From positions 1,798,968 through 1,862,967 of the forward strand of contig CAJFCJ010000009.1 of the NCBI GenBank assembly GCA_904063045.1: a stretch of 64,000 bases of DNA, read 5' to 3'. Origin of the DNA: Dimorphilus gyrociliatus (Eukaryota; Animalia; Annelida). The stretch's first letter is position 1. The number at the start of each line of letters is the position of its first letter. The notes beneath the pieces are model-generated. The model saw only the letters and a list, made by a program, of their open reading frames with translations. It had not been told where the DNA came from and did no database searches. Below are positions 13,133 through 24,645 of this stretch, one piece after another. Position numbers and translations under genes: made by a program.

Positions 13133-14994
13133 CTAATAATCAATTAAACAATAATTTAATATTGTACCATATATTTTATGTAGACATATATAAGAGTTTT
13201 CATCATTATTCATAAGAATTGTATCATTTGTAAGTATCTTTTCGTGTATGATACATTTCTTTTTATTTTTCCAATAAACTATATTTTGACAATTAATTCT
13301 AATAGTACAATATTGAATACATACTTTAATACTATTAACAGCTGTTTCTAAGATTTTTGACGATAATTTAAACTTGTTGCAGTTTTCATGAATATATAAC
13401 GTTATATTATTCATCATTGGCGAAGAGAAAGAAGTAGGAGGAGTAGGAGGAGGAGAGGGCTTAGAAATTATAGTAGGCTTTGTAGAGGTAAAGGAAAAAG
13501 GAGAGGAAGGGAGAGATGAGATAGCAGGAGTTGATGAAATTGTTAATAGACTACTAGTATTTAATGAAGAAGTAGAGGTTACTGGTAACTGATAACTAAT
13601 GAAACTTTCAAATCCGTATGCTTCTATTTCATATACTATGAGACGTCTCTTAGTACTAATTTCCAATTTTAAACGCCTTAACATTCTATCACATTTCAAA
13701 TACATCCATTGTTTATCATAAGTACGTCTCGATTGGACTAATCCGCATTCGTTAAAAGTATCATTCAGCTGACTCTTCAACGTTAAAACAACGTTAGCTA
13801 GTTAAAGAGATAAAATATGTAATTAGTTCTTTTTAATAGAGATTTGAAATTTCAATTTCAAATACTTTTTTTTGTACATTTCTTTTGTTTAAACACATAA
13901 TTTCCATTTTCATTTAACTTCATAGCTTTAGTATTAAATTTATAACATTCTCCTTTTAATTTATCAAACATAATGGAACTGTTGGAAAATGTTATAAAGA
14001 ATATGATGTTATACAAATAGTAGTATTATACAACTTGTTACTTGCTGTATTTTCATACAAACCTACAAGATGATAAAAGTAGACAGCTTAATTGACAGTC
14101 CCGTTTGGATGTTGAATTGATTTTTGTATGATTGTATTTATCTATATCCATGACAATAGATTTATTTTTAGCTTGCCAATTGCACCCTAATCGAACAAAT
14201 AGCAATTCTATCTTATAGTAAGAAGCGTTATCTTATTGTAAATTTTATACAAACCTGTAGGTCTAACTAATCCTCTTATAAAGTTTATATAAAATTCTGT
14301 TGGAAAGGTTATGATAAGAGTATCCCTATAACCGAGTGAATAACCCGGTTCATTGAAATATCCATCAGTTAATTGAAAAATCTTCAAACTTTTAGAATTG
14401 ATAACATCTGCCCGAAAAGCTAAATTTCTTGTTCCATTAAACACTTGAAATTGAACGATATCGTATGAAGAAAATCGTAAAATTCTCCCTAAGGTGTCAT
14501 TACTAACTTGAATAAAGTTTTGCGTATAAGCCCAAAATGGTCTCTTAACAGATTTCAGGATTGATATATTACGATCTGAAGGAATATTATCAAAATAGAA
14601 TAAAACTGCTGTGACGTAAGATTTCTTTAACTCTTTTAGTAAATTTCTACAGTTTTCGTTGAAGAACGTATTATCCATTATTCTTAATATACTTATACGT
14701 TTCTCAACATGAATTTTTCTAATTTCTGTTGTTGTTGAACAATTTGTTGAATTAATTGTTTTAAAATCAACATCAGCCGTTATCTTTTCAAAAATATAGA
14801 AATATAAAACAACCATTTTAATAAGGATTTCTATTACTCACTCCATTAAGTTTGTCAAAGTTACTATCCAGAGTTAGAGCGCTAAAAGTTATATTCTCTG
14901 GTAATAAATGAAGATATATTATCTTTGTTCTTATATCAGCCAATAAAGAATAGGTATTGATAGTAAATATAATTACTTTCAAATAGAATTTCAT
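13133..14994 (-). CDS. Secreted PA-like / PAN-apple / mucin-stalk protein, paralogue D
   Basis: Spliced model: MKFYLKVIIFTINTYSLLADIRTKIIYLH..NG| then NC..VEKRISIL..C..VTAVLFYFDN..RPFWAY; PAN CQLSCLLLSSC..GECYKF; LIVYEIEAYG; S/T/P stalk; PAN CIQYCTIRINC..KKCIIH. Confidence 0.65.
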
Positions 14995-15544
14995 ATCCTA
15001 TCGTAAGTTGTTTGTTAGATATTACAAGTGTTGAATTGTGATGAAACTGACAACTTGTTTTCTATCAATATTCAACGTTATTGGAAAAAGAAATCTCATC
15101 TTAATATTATATGCATGTTTGTTTACTTGATTGGTTTAATTATTAGTGTAAAGAAATATGCATTAGAGTTTATTTCTGAGGAAATTAAGTCGACCATTAG
15201 TATCTTAAAATAAGTTTTCTTATTAAATTATATATGACGATAGTAGAACTGATATTACAATAGAAATTATATCAATGATATTAATGAATATAGGTTTAAA
15301 AATCTAAAAAAGATTACTTTAAAAAAAGACTCTGATTAGAAAGACGAATACTGTATCTCTAATGAGCATGTATTGTTTTTAAATTAACATAAAACACGCT
15401 GTGTTTTTTGTCCAAATCTCCCTTTTTTCCCATTAATAATCTACATTTTCAATGAATATATTAATGTTTACATTATACAGTATATCTATACATTAGTATA
15501 TATATAACACATATAGAATATGTGCAAATTTTGCAGTGTAAACT

Positions 15545-17199
15545 TTAACATCTTGGTGATAGCTTTAAAATGTTCTGTTTTATGATACTAATTGTCCTTT
15601 CGTATTCGTTTCCTTCAGTTAATATATCATCTGAGTAAATTGAAATGTAATCAATGAAATTGTTATTGTGAATTTTACAAAGAGATTTTGAAAGGTCATA
15701 TACGAGTGCCTTACAGGTTAATGATTGAGTACATTTATTACAACACATTATTAAAGTTATTTCGTTATGTTCTTCATTAACCATCTCTAAGTTTAGGGTT
15801 TTATTCTTTAATGATATTAGTTTATCTTGTTTTCTATTCAAAAAAACTGTAGTAGGTTTTTCCGACGATGAAATTGCCTTTACTGGTAGAATTGTAGACT
15901 CTATTTCACTTGGAAGATTAGTTGTTAGAGAAAAAAACTCAACTTTACTTATATTCAAAACTCTGGACAATATTAAAGTTATACTATCCGCACTAAATTC
16001 AGTAAATATATAAATCCAGCGAGCTTTATAAATGTCTGTAGAATATTTTATCTTGTTTCCATTTGATGCTTTTAAATAAAAACCAATAGATTCTGTTTAA
16101 AAGCAATAAAATATAAAATGATAATATAAATTCTATGATATAAGCGTTAATATTACGTTTTTTTATAATGCAATCTCCTTTCTTTATTCTTATAGACATC
16201 TGTACAGGTGTTTCCGTAAAGTAACATTTACGATGTTGAATTCGAAATGATCTGATTAATTTTCGCTTTTAGTATTCATTATCATAAAAGAATCAAAATA
16301 TTAAAACAAACTTGCAAGCCTCCTCCATAAGTGTACACATATATTTACAAGAAATTATATTCTTTTCAAGAAATCTGTTATTGCTCATAGTTGAACTAGT
16401 TGTATACGAACATACCTCTTAAAAGATGAATTAAACTTCTATTAATAATATGAAATTGTTTGTATCCTTACTATTTGACGGAACTCGAAACCTTATTATA
16501 TTTATAACCGAATTTATATGTTGTTGTCTATCTATGAAATCTATTTTATAGTGACTGAATGGTATTTCAGCAGTCATCAATGATCGTAATTCTTTAAATA
16601 GTAAATTAGAATACTGCGAAAATTGGATAACATGCGGTCTAGTTTCAAATAGATTAGATGTTTTTTCAATAGAAATATACATCCAAGGAATGTTTGGCAT
16701 TGAATGTAGATTGTTAATATCTGAAACAGAACAAATAAACAAACAAGATAAAAATTTTCTATCTTTAATAAAGATAATTTAATTACCAAGATTATCATAA
16801 AATACAAGTAGAATAGCTTTAATTCCTCCTTTTATATATTTTTCAACTGTTTCCTTACATTTTATAGTTAGGAAACTGATTTCAGATACTTCAAAGATTA
16901 ATACTTTATCTTTCACTATGTCATCATTATTAAAATTCTTCAAATTGCAATTATTATCCATAATTCTATCATAAATTGTTTCTCCAATAACCTAAAATAA
17001 ACAAACAAACAAATAGCGTATACAAAAAAAACTTGATAAAGCTCACTCCATTCATTGTGTTGACTTTTGAATACGAAGATAAACCTTGATACTTGTAATT
17101 GTCCAACATAAAATGTACATATAACTTATTAACTGTACAAAGTATATGAGGATACTTTACAGTTAATAGTAGATAAGTGAAAATATGAACTCCATTCAT
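15545..17199 (-). CDS. Secreted PA-like / PAN-apple protein, paralogue C
   Basis: MNGVHIFTYLLLTVKYPHILCTVNKLYVH..NG| then NC..VKDKVLIF..C..GGIKAILLVFYDN|..IPWMYIS; PAN SCKYMCTLMEEAC..RKCYF; terminal PAN CCNKCTQSLTCKALVYDLSKSLCKIH. Confidence 0.65.
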
Positions 17200-17376
17200 C
17201 TTTATTATATCTACTAACTCTTTTAAAGTTACTTTAGTTATGTTGAATGATATACTGTATAACAATCAAATATCAAGAAAATCCTATTTATGTCAGTGAT
17301 AAATAACGAACAATAAGAGACAAAAAAGTATATAATTTTTTATTTTTATAGATTTATAATTGTATTTGTTATCGAT

Positions 17377-19154
17377 CTAGCAAAGTAATTTTGGCTTCAT
17401 AAGCTTTTTTTTATAGAATAAAATATATGGTGTATTGTTTTCGTTAAATGTCTGTGAATCATTTTCATCGAACATTGAAGTTTTATGATAATTATCCATA
17501 ATGAATAATTCACAATTAAACTTCCTCTCGTAGAACAGTACTAATTCACATTTTAAATTGTTTAGACAGCTTCTAGTACACTGTGTTATGGTTTGTGAAG
17601 AATTGTCTACTTGTATATGAAATCTACTCATCGACACCGTCTGATTTATAAATGGTATAAATTGAATAATTTTCCTCTGAGGTGTTGATAATGTAGGTTG
17701 AACCATAACTGTAGGAGTTGGAGACGTCGTAGAAGTATACTTATTTCGTAGTTCGTAGTGAAATAACTCAATTTCGTAATAGATTAATGGGGTTAATTCA
17801 AATGGTGTTGATATTTTTATAACTTCACCCGTCATTTCACACAGCGAGTAAACCCATTCCAATTTATTCGACGATCTCACTGGTATTGGCCTACATGTTT
17901 GAACAGTTTCCTGAGAAGAATGAGTCCAAGAGGATAGAATAATTTCTGTATTATCTATAACATACTTGTATAAATATATATAATCTTAAATACTTAAAGG
18001 CCCTATTTTGGCAATTACCTCTAGTTTCGCATATTTTATGCCCGAAAATAGCATCAATATTATAAATTAAAGATTTCAAAGAACGTATATGCAGATGGCA
18101 TTTTCGTTTAGAAAAGTAATAATTGTAAGATCTATATAAACATATATACAGTATACAGTATATACTAATACATAGAAAAGAGCAATCTTCAAAATGAAAT
18201 TTCACTTACAAACACTGTTTTTCAAGTATGCACTCCTCTTCGCAACGAGTCATCGATAAATGAGCTAGTAAAAAATAATATGAGCTCATATTTTCATGAT
18301 AATCTTTAGTAGAAAAGCTGCAAACTAATAAAACAAATTCAAGATTATAAACAATACAATAAAAGATTTATTACTTTGCGGTTTTATTAATAATTTCATA
18401 AAGTTTATCTTCATAGTTCTTTTCAAATTAATTTCAATTGATTGACCATTCGCTATTAAACAAGCTTTTATAATATTTCCATCTGATAAGCACTGTGTAG
18501 TTTTATAATCCACTTCAAATGAAGCCATCTTTGCTAAATTTTTTGATTTGTTACTTGTGAAAAATATGGAATCTTTCTTTGAAAATTTGATCATTTCTTC
18601 ATTAAGGTTTAGTAAATGATCGAGTTCCCATATCATAAAGTTTATCTGAACAATAGGAATCTTAAGTGTGAACCTATCTTTCAAATCAGCCATGATTTCT
18701 TGGGATTTATAAGAAAAATAATACAATCATTTTGATGATATAAACTATTAATGTTCAAGTTACAACTTACCTTTTTCTGTAGACAAAACGATGATAGCTT
18801 TAATTCTATCATCTATCTTTATTGATCTACAGGTAATCTTTTCGATTGTGTCTATGGTAATAACAAGAATCCTATCCTCTCCTTCAAGAAAATGTTCAGT
18901 ATTCATTGAACAAGGATTCTTTATTAAGTAAGATCTACCAGAAACCTCAAAAAAAATGAAACGATTATTCTACTGTTGTACCTATTTATGTATTATTATT
19001 CATTCATTACCCCAAGTAGCTCTTCCTTCCATAACGCCATTGATGCTTTTACACTTAAATCTCTAGATATTGCATGAACGTATACGTCGTAGTTTTCATC
19101 AGATAAAGCCAACTTAAATAGATGAAAAATTGTCAAATATTGTCTGAAAATCAT
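17377..19154 (-). CDS. Secreted PA-like / PAN-apple / mucin-stalk protein, paralogue B
   Basis: MIFRQYLTIFHLFKLALSDENYDVYVH; NPC..RILVITI..C..IKAIIVL|..IPIVQI; PAN CEEECILEKQC..RKCHLH; WVYSLCEMTGEVIKIS..LIYYEIELF; T/P stalk; PAN CTRSCLNNLKC..NCELF. Confidence 0.65.
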
Positions 19155-19308
19155 TGTTCTCCAATAAGATAAACTTAATAAGGAGAACTTTTAAATAGGC
19201 TCCATACTTTTATATGAAAAAGATCAATTAATCGAATAAAAAGGATAGATTTAGTGTCTCTTTTTGACAAAAAAAAGTTTTGAAGAAAAAGAGTAAATAA
19301 CATAGAAA

Positions 19309-21014
19309 TTAGCATTTATTATAAAATTCCGTATTACCTCTAACAAGACAAATGTTAAGTTCATATACTTCTCGAACATTGAGTAGTTCAATTCCTTGAT
19401 TGCTCACAGAATAGACTGAACATTGTCGTGTACTTGTGTTATAGCATACATATTTGCATAGGATTTTATTTTGACATTCATTTATACATTGTTTAAGATC
19501 AATGTTAAATATAAGATCTTCTGAAAATGCTTTTTGTTGGCCAGTATATCGACTAAAACTCGTAAAAAGTATTGGCGCAACTGTAGTCAATTCAGATGTC
19601 GTAGGAGGTTGAACGGTAGTTGCTAATGAATAAGGCGCAGACAAATCATTGAAAATAATCACTACACGATCATTCGATCTCATATTGTTGTTTTTGAATT
19701 CATTAATGGAGTATGTTCGTATCGTGGAAACTCTTAGATATCTTCGTAGATTATTCAAAATCGTTAACTTTGATAAATTAAAATTAACAAATGAGTAAAT
19801 ATATTTATCACTCGTAGATGAAATTATCCCTTTTCTTAAATCATTAGTATAATGAGAGAAGCAGAATATATCTATTGAATATATTGAATATGATTAGATA
19901 CTTATAGTAAATTAGTGAAAATATATATTTTATTCAATACCTGGATCTTTTGGTGTTTTTCTAAACTCTCCAAGACTATAAATTCCAGGAGATGATATTA
20001 CTAAATAGCAGGTCGGGGCTAATTTAATACATCTTTGAAAATGAAAAAAAAAACAGCACTAATAATAATTGAAAAGAGTTATATTACGTTGATACTATAC
20101 ATGCAATCATCCAGTGCAATGCATTCCTTTTGACATGTTTTTTTGTTGTATGCATACTGCTTTTCCACATAAATTCCTTCGCAAGCTTCATTGATTGGTG
20201 TAAAAATTACATCTAAAACAATAATTGTCTTCTATACCTCGTCAGGTTTAACAAGGAGAAAGTTGTTTTTTAATTAACTTACCAAAAAAATCTATATTTA
20301 ATTGCATAACATCAATAGAAAGAGGTGTACCCGTGGATGATTTAAGGCTCTGTTGCTCTTCAAGCGCAAAAGTTAAATCTATTTGCATATTCTTTTTAAA
20401 ACGTAACATTTGATTTGTTGATATAATCATTTGACTTTCATTTAGAGAATTTATATTATTTAGATTTGGTGGTTGTTCAAAATATGCCCATGGAATTCCA
20501 TTAGTTACCATACTATTTAAACTTGAATTATCTATATTAACAATGGAATAATAGAATGTAAATATGATATTAAAATAAAGATTTTACCGAAATTCTTTGC
20601 TATTATAACAATAGCTAAGACGCTTTCATTTACATATTTCTTTATACGACTTTTGCAGATGGTATCAAAATAGGAAGTATCTTCAAATTGAATAAAAGTA
20701 ATTCTATTATAATCTCTTCCAGTACAATTTTTATAGCTTAATTCGCAAGAATTAATTAAATTTGGATTAATAGGTCCTCTTATCTGAAAATGTAGGGATT
20801 AATTAAAGTGGTATTAAGATAAGAATTTATTGATAACAACTTGAGCAATATCCTTCAACATATCGATATTTGCATAACCTGCAATTCCATTACTCTTATA
20901 ATCATCTGTCATAATATCTTCGAAGATGTGAAGGAACACATTGCTATTTAGACATAGTACAGTTTGTATCAATATCAATGAAAAATATAGAATCTTAAGT
21001 AGAAAGATCATCAT
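19309..21014 (-). CDS. Secreted PA-like / PAN-apple / mucin-stalk protein, paralogue A
   Basis: MMIFLLKILYFSLILIQTVLCLNSNVFLH; NSC..RITFIQF..C..VLAIVII|..GIPWAY; PAN CQKECIALDDC; TTVQPPTTSELTT stalk; PAN CINECQNKILC..RQCSVY. Confidence 0.65.
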
Positions 21015-21149
21015 CGGTGAAAGACTTGTTTGTAAAGATTTTCGAGGAATAATCTTCTTATTTATATGCTGTTCAAAATATTTTTCAGCAATTGAACGTA
21101 TCGGAGAATTGATGAATTATATTCTTTCTATTCAATAGATCAGAGATAT

Positions 21150-21570
21150 ATTATGAATTATTAATGCTTGTAATTCCTTATTACATTCGTTTTTTTATTA
21201 TATTAAACAAGCTTATACAATTGTCCTTCGAGCATAAGTGACATGATAAATAATCGAATATTTCTCTTATGAAATACGTGATAGAATATTACCATTCTAA
21301 TTTCCAATGTTACAATTTGTGTTATTATTCATATTATGTTAAGAATGAAATTAAAGAGAAGCATTTTGTCTTTTAGGATATAAGGGATTGTAACGAATTC
21401 AAAATTTGATTGAATTGTAATAAAAACAAGAAAATATTTGTTTATACTCATGTAAACTTTTCAATTTTCTTAATATTGGTAGTTCCTTGCAAACAAGTGA
21501 AAACAATTGCAAATCAACATATTCAATAATCCTATCAAATTTATTTTTTATCATTTGTATGTCAATGAAA
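21150..21570 (-). pseudogene. Possible decayed remnant of a further PAN-family paralogue next to the retroelement
   Basis: Stop-interrupted frames include YLSCHLCSKDNCISLFN, which is PAN-like Cys spacing. No intact model could be built. Confidence 0.15.
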
Positions 21571-21579
21571 ATCATGTAT

Positions 21580-24303
21580 GACAAACTCTACAGCTCTTAT
21601 TCTTATTACACGACAATACAAAGAAGATGTTTCAGATAATTTACTTTTAATCATCCTCCTTGAAATGGTGATATGAATGTATGAATGCATGATCCATCGA
21701 CAATCTGCGCGCTGTGCCCTGTTGTCCATAATTCGCAATTCACGAATCCTTAAATTTGCGATCCACAAATTGTGGACCGCACATCCCAGAAAACATTCAA
21801 TCACATTGCTCATGTACAAGCCGACAACACGTGATCATAGTGGAGATGAGTAGTGTCAGCGCCCGAGCAAAATTTCATGAGCAGCGTTTAAGGAAGTGTA
21901 AAAGAACAGTGTGGGAGAAGGAAAAGAAAATGTCATTAGATAGCATTAAGGAGATTGAATTGGCTTTGAAAAATGGGTACGAACCGGCAGCAGAACGACC
22001 ACAAGACAGCGAGGTGAACATGGAAATAGTGGGGGCTGAAGTCACTCCAGGAAGGAAAACAGGGGTTAGCAAGTTGCTGAGCGACTGTGACAATGAATTT
22101 CAACCAGAACTGGTGAGCCCAAGCTCAAATGTAGAGTGGAATATATTCGATGATGGAAGGGCGAGAAAACTAGTAGGAGGCATTGAAACAAGAGAGGTCA
22201 GTGAATCTGACACTGACGACGATGGAACTCAATCTAGGAGAACTCGTGGGATTAGAATAAAAAAAAAGGCGATGGCCAACACCCCAGTGAAAGATATAAA
22301 CTGGACTTCTGATGACGTAGAGAAAGATAATGAATTACAAAAGAATTGGACTCCTGTTGGCGCAGCAGATGCATTGAACACCAGAAATACTCATCAGTGG
22401 TATGGTGTCGGTGGTCAAACAACCAAGAAGACAAATGATGAACTTGTGTTAGTTTACGATAGAATGAGAAGGTTGTTGAATGATGAGGAAAACACCCCTA
22501 CGGGGGAACAGATAGGACGAGACGAAGCAATAGTTTCAAGCTCACAAGAAACAGACAGGGAATGGATGAACGTACAACGTGAAGAGATTATGGTTGAATG
22601 TGAAGCGATTCTACAGAGACATGTAGTGAGTTTCGAGCAAAGTCAACATGAGATGGAGATGAGGATCATGGATTCTCTAAGACGTGAAATAAAACTGGCC
22701 ATAGGAGGGGTAATAAAGAAAGGTGAAATGGAGGCATTTCTGGCAAAGGTGGGTGGAGATGTGCGAGACATTAGCACCGGATTGAGAGAATTCGAGCATA
22801 AGAGTCTGAAAGAATATGGAAGAGCACTCACAGAGGCTAAACAAGAGATCGCTGATCGGATAGAGAGGAGGCGAGATGAAAAGACGGAGAAGTCAGTGGC
22901 TACCAAAGCTCCTTCCCCAGCATTGTTGGGGGGAGAGTGCGATACAGGTCATACCAGTTGCCCTTCTAACCTGGAAAACCCTCGTAAAGAACAGGCAAAA
23001 GAGCCACCTGGCGCGTTTGAAAGTCGGTTATCATCAACTCGACCGATCTTTCATGGAGATGCCACCTATTTCGAGGTATTTATGATGAGACATGAACGAT
23101 TGGTAGACAAATACGATATTGATGACTGGGACAAGCTCGATCTATTGCTTGCTCAGTTGGGCCCGGACATCAGGCGTGAATTAGAAGAATACCAAAAAAG
23201 GGAACCTCTTGGATGTTATAAAAGTGCACTTCGGTATCTCCAACGTAAATATGGGGAAATACAGCATGACGCAACCAGAGCATTGACAAGACTCCAAAAG
23301 ATTGGGCTTGTAAAGGAGAGTGACTATGAAAGCCAGGAAAGACTGGCGCGCTTGCTGAGAAAAATTCAGTCTGAGTTCGAAACAGACAATAAAGATGGCC
23401 ACCAACAACAATTAGAAGTTATCGGACTCGTGGCAGCCAAGTTCTGTATGGATGACTGCCTACGTAGGGAATGGACAAATAAAACTTTTGAGAACGGTAA
23501 CAAGATTAGCCTGAACAACATGGCAGAGTTCATTGAAGACTATGCAAAGGTTGTCAGACTTATAACAAAGTTCACATCACGTGCTGAAACGAGAAGACCA
23601 CAACATGAGCACAGCAGAGGGATCAACTATAATGCATCTTGTTTCAAATGCGGAAAGCATCATACTCTGCAATCATGCGCGGAATTCAAAAGACTGAGAA
23701 GGCCGGAAAAATTGCAAGTGGTGAGGAACTTAGGCCTATGTGAAAATTGCTTACAAAGTCACACTCACCAAGCCAACAAATGTGTACGATCACCCTGCGA
23801 GACCTGCAATACCAAAAGACATCCCTGGCTACATAAATGTACCACAAAACGCCCTCCTATTAAGACAGTAACGTTTGAACCTTTAGAGTCACTGAGTACA
23901 GATCTAACAGTGATGGTAATTGAAGTAAATGGAAGAAGCCTAGTGACGATGCTGGACACTAGTGTGGATATCACACTCATAAGGAAGGGAGTTATAGAGC
24001 AGATAAAGGCCAAGAAAATAGGAGTTAGCACTGTAATGCTGGCGATGATGGGAAGACGAGAAGCATATACCGCGCCAAGGTATGAGATTGAGGTATTTGG
24101 AAAGAAGATAGTGGCAATGGAATATCCGGAGATAGCAATCGTGAGCCAGAACAAATTGTTGTCAGACGAACTAAATAGACGGTCATACACGGAGGACGTT
24201 GAAATCCCCCAGCTAACCGAGCACCCAGTAGATTTGCTAATGGGAAACGATACGTATAAGTTATGTGGATTGAAGGCGGTCTTAGAAGAGAGTAGGAGAT
24301 GAT
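21580..24303 (+). mobile_element. Truncated Bel/Pao LTR retrotransposon (gag and protease only)
   Basis: GC-richer than the flanks. The long ORF has a DUF1759-like gag core (RPIFHGD..F..LLAQLG..A..L..KYG), three Bel/Pao-type Cys/His knuckles and a protease-like LDTS. No RT, RNase H, integrase or paired LTRs. Boundaries are approximate. Confidence 0.88.
21846..24302 (+). CDS. Bel/Pao Gag-protease ORF (818 aa from the first ATG)
   Basis: Uninterrupted ORF with CFKCGKHHTLQSC, CENCLQSHTHQANKC, CETCNTKRHPWLH and TMLDTSVDITLI. The stop coincides with the return to AT-rich DNA. Confidence 0.88.
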   Translation: MSSVSARAKFHEQRLRKCKRTVWEKEKKMSLDSIKEIELALKNGYEPAAERPQDSEVNMEIVGAEVTPGRKTGVSKLLSDCDNEFQPELVSPSSNVEWNIFDDGRARKLVGGIETREVSESDTDDDGTQSRRTRGIRIKKKAMANTPVKDINWTSDDVEKDNELQKNWTPVGAADALNTRNTHQWYGVGGQTTKKTNDELVLVYDRMRRLLNDEENTPTGEQIGRDEAIVSSSQETDREWMNVQREEIMVECEAILQRHVVSFEQSQHEMEMRIMDSLRREIKLAIGGVIKKGEMEAFLAKVGGDVRDISTGLREFEHKSLKEYGRALTEAKQEIADRIERRRDEKTEKSVATKAPSPALLGGECDTGHTSCPSNLENPRKEQAKEPPGAFESRLSSTRPIFHGDATYFEVFMMRHERLVDKYDIDDWDKLDLLLAQLGPDIRRELEEYQKREPLGCYKSALRYLQRKYGEIQHDATRALTRLQKIGLVKESDYESQERLARLLRKIQSEFETDNKDGHQQQLEVIGLVAAKFCMDDCLRREWTNKTFENGNKISLNNMAEFIEDYAKVVRLITKFTSRAETRRPQHEHSRGINYNASCFKCGKHHTLQSCAEFKRLRRPEKLQVVRNLGLCENCLQSHTHQANKCVRSPCETCNTKRHPWLHKCTTKRPPIKTVTFEPLESLSTDLTVMVIEVNGRSLVTMLDTSVDITLIRKGVIEQIKAKKIGVSTVMLAMMGRREAYTAPRYEIEVFGKKIVAMEYPEIAIVSQNKLLSDELNRRSYTEDVEIPQLTEHPVDLLMGNDTYKLCGLKAVLEESRR

Positions 24304-24645
24304 ATGTATTTTTAAACGCCTTACGAATATCAGTAGTTTGATATACGAACTAATCCTGATGGAAATTATACAGTATATGAATTCTAAATTACCAAGATAT
24401 CTATTTAGACAAGGAACATAATTGAATGAATCATCATTAAACCATGACACCTTTGTGGTAAAAACAAAGGGTAAAAAGTGCATTTTGCAAAGTTAGGATA
24501 GATAAATCATATACTGTATATCATTTATTCTATTGATGATAGATGGCGTTTGTAGAGATACATGAATTTTTTCAAAATGTTCCTTAATTTTTGTCGTTTA
24601 ACAATTTACAATATATTAATAATATAATATATAAGCTTAACACTT

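Noticed and set aside
21575-21840. Candidate 5' LTR (TGT...ACA) and primer-binding site of the Bel/Pao element
   Set aside because: No matching 3' copy and no TGG-initiated PBS after the candidate end, so the termini cannot be supported.
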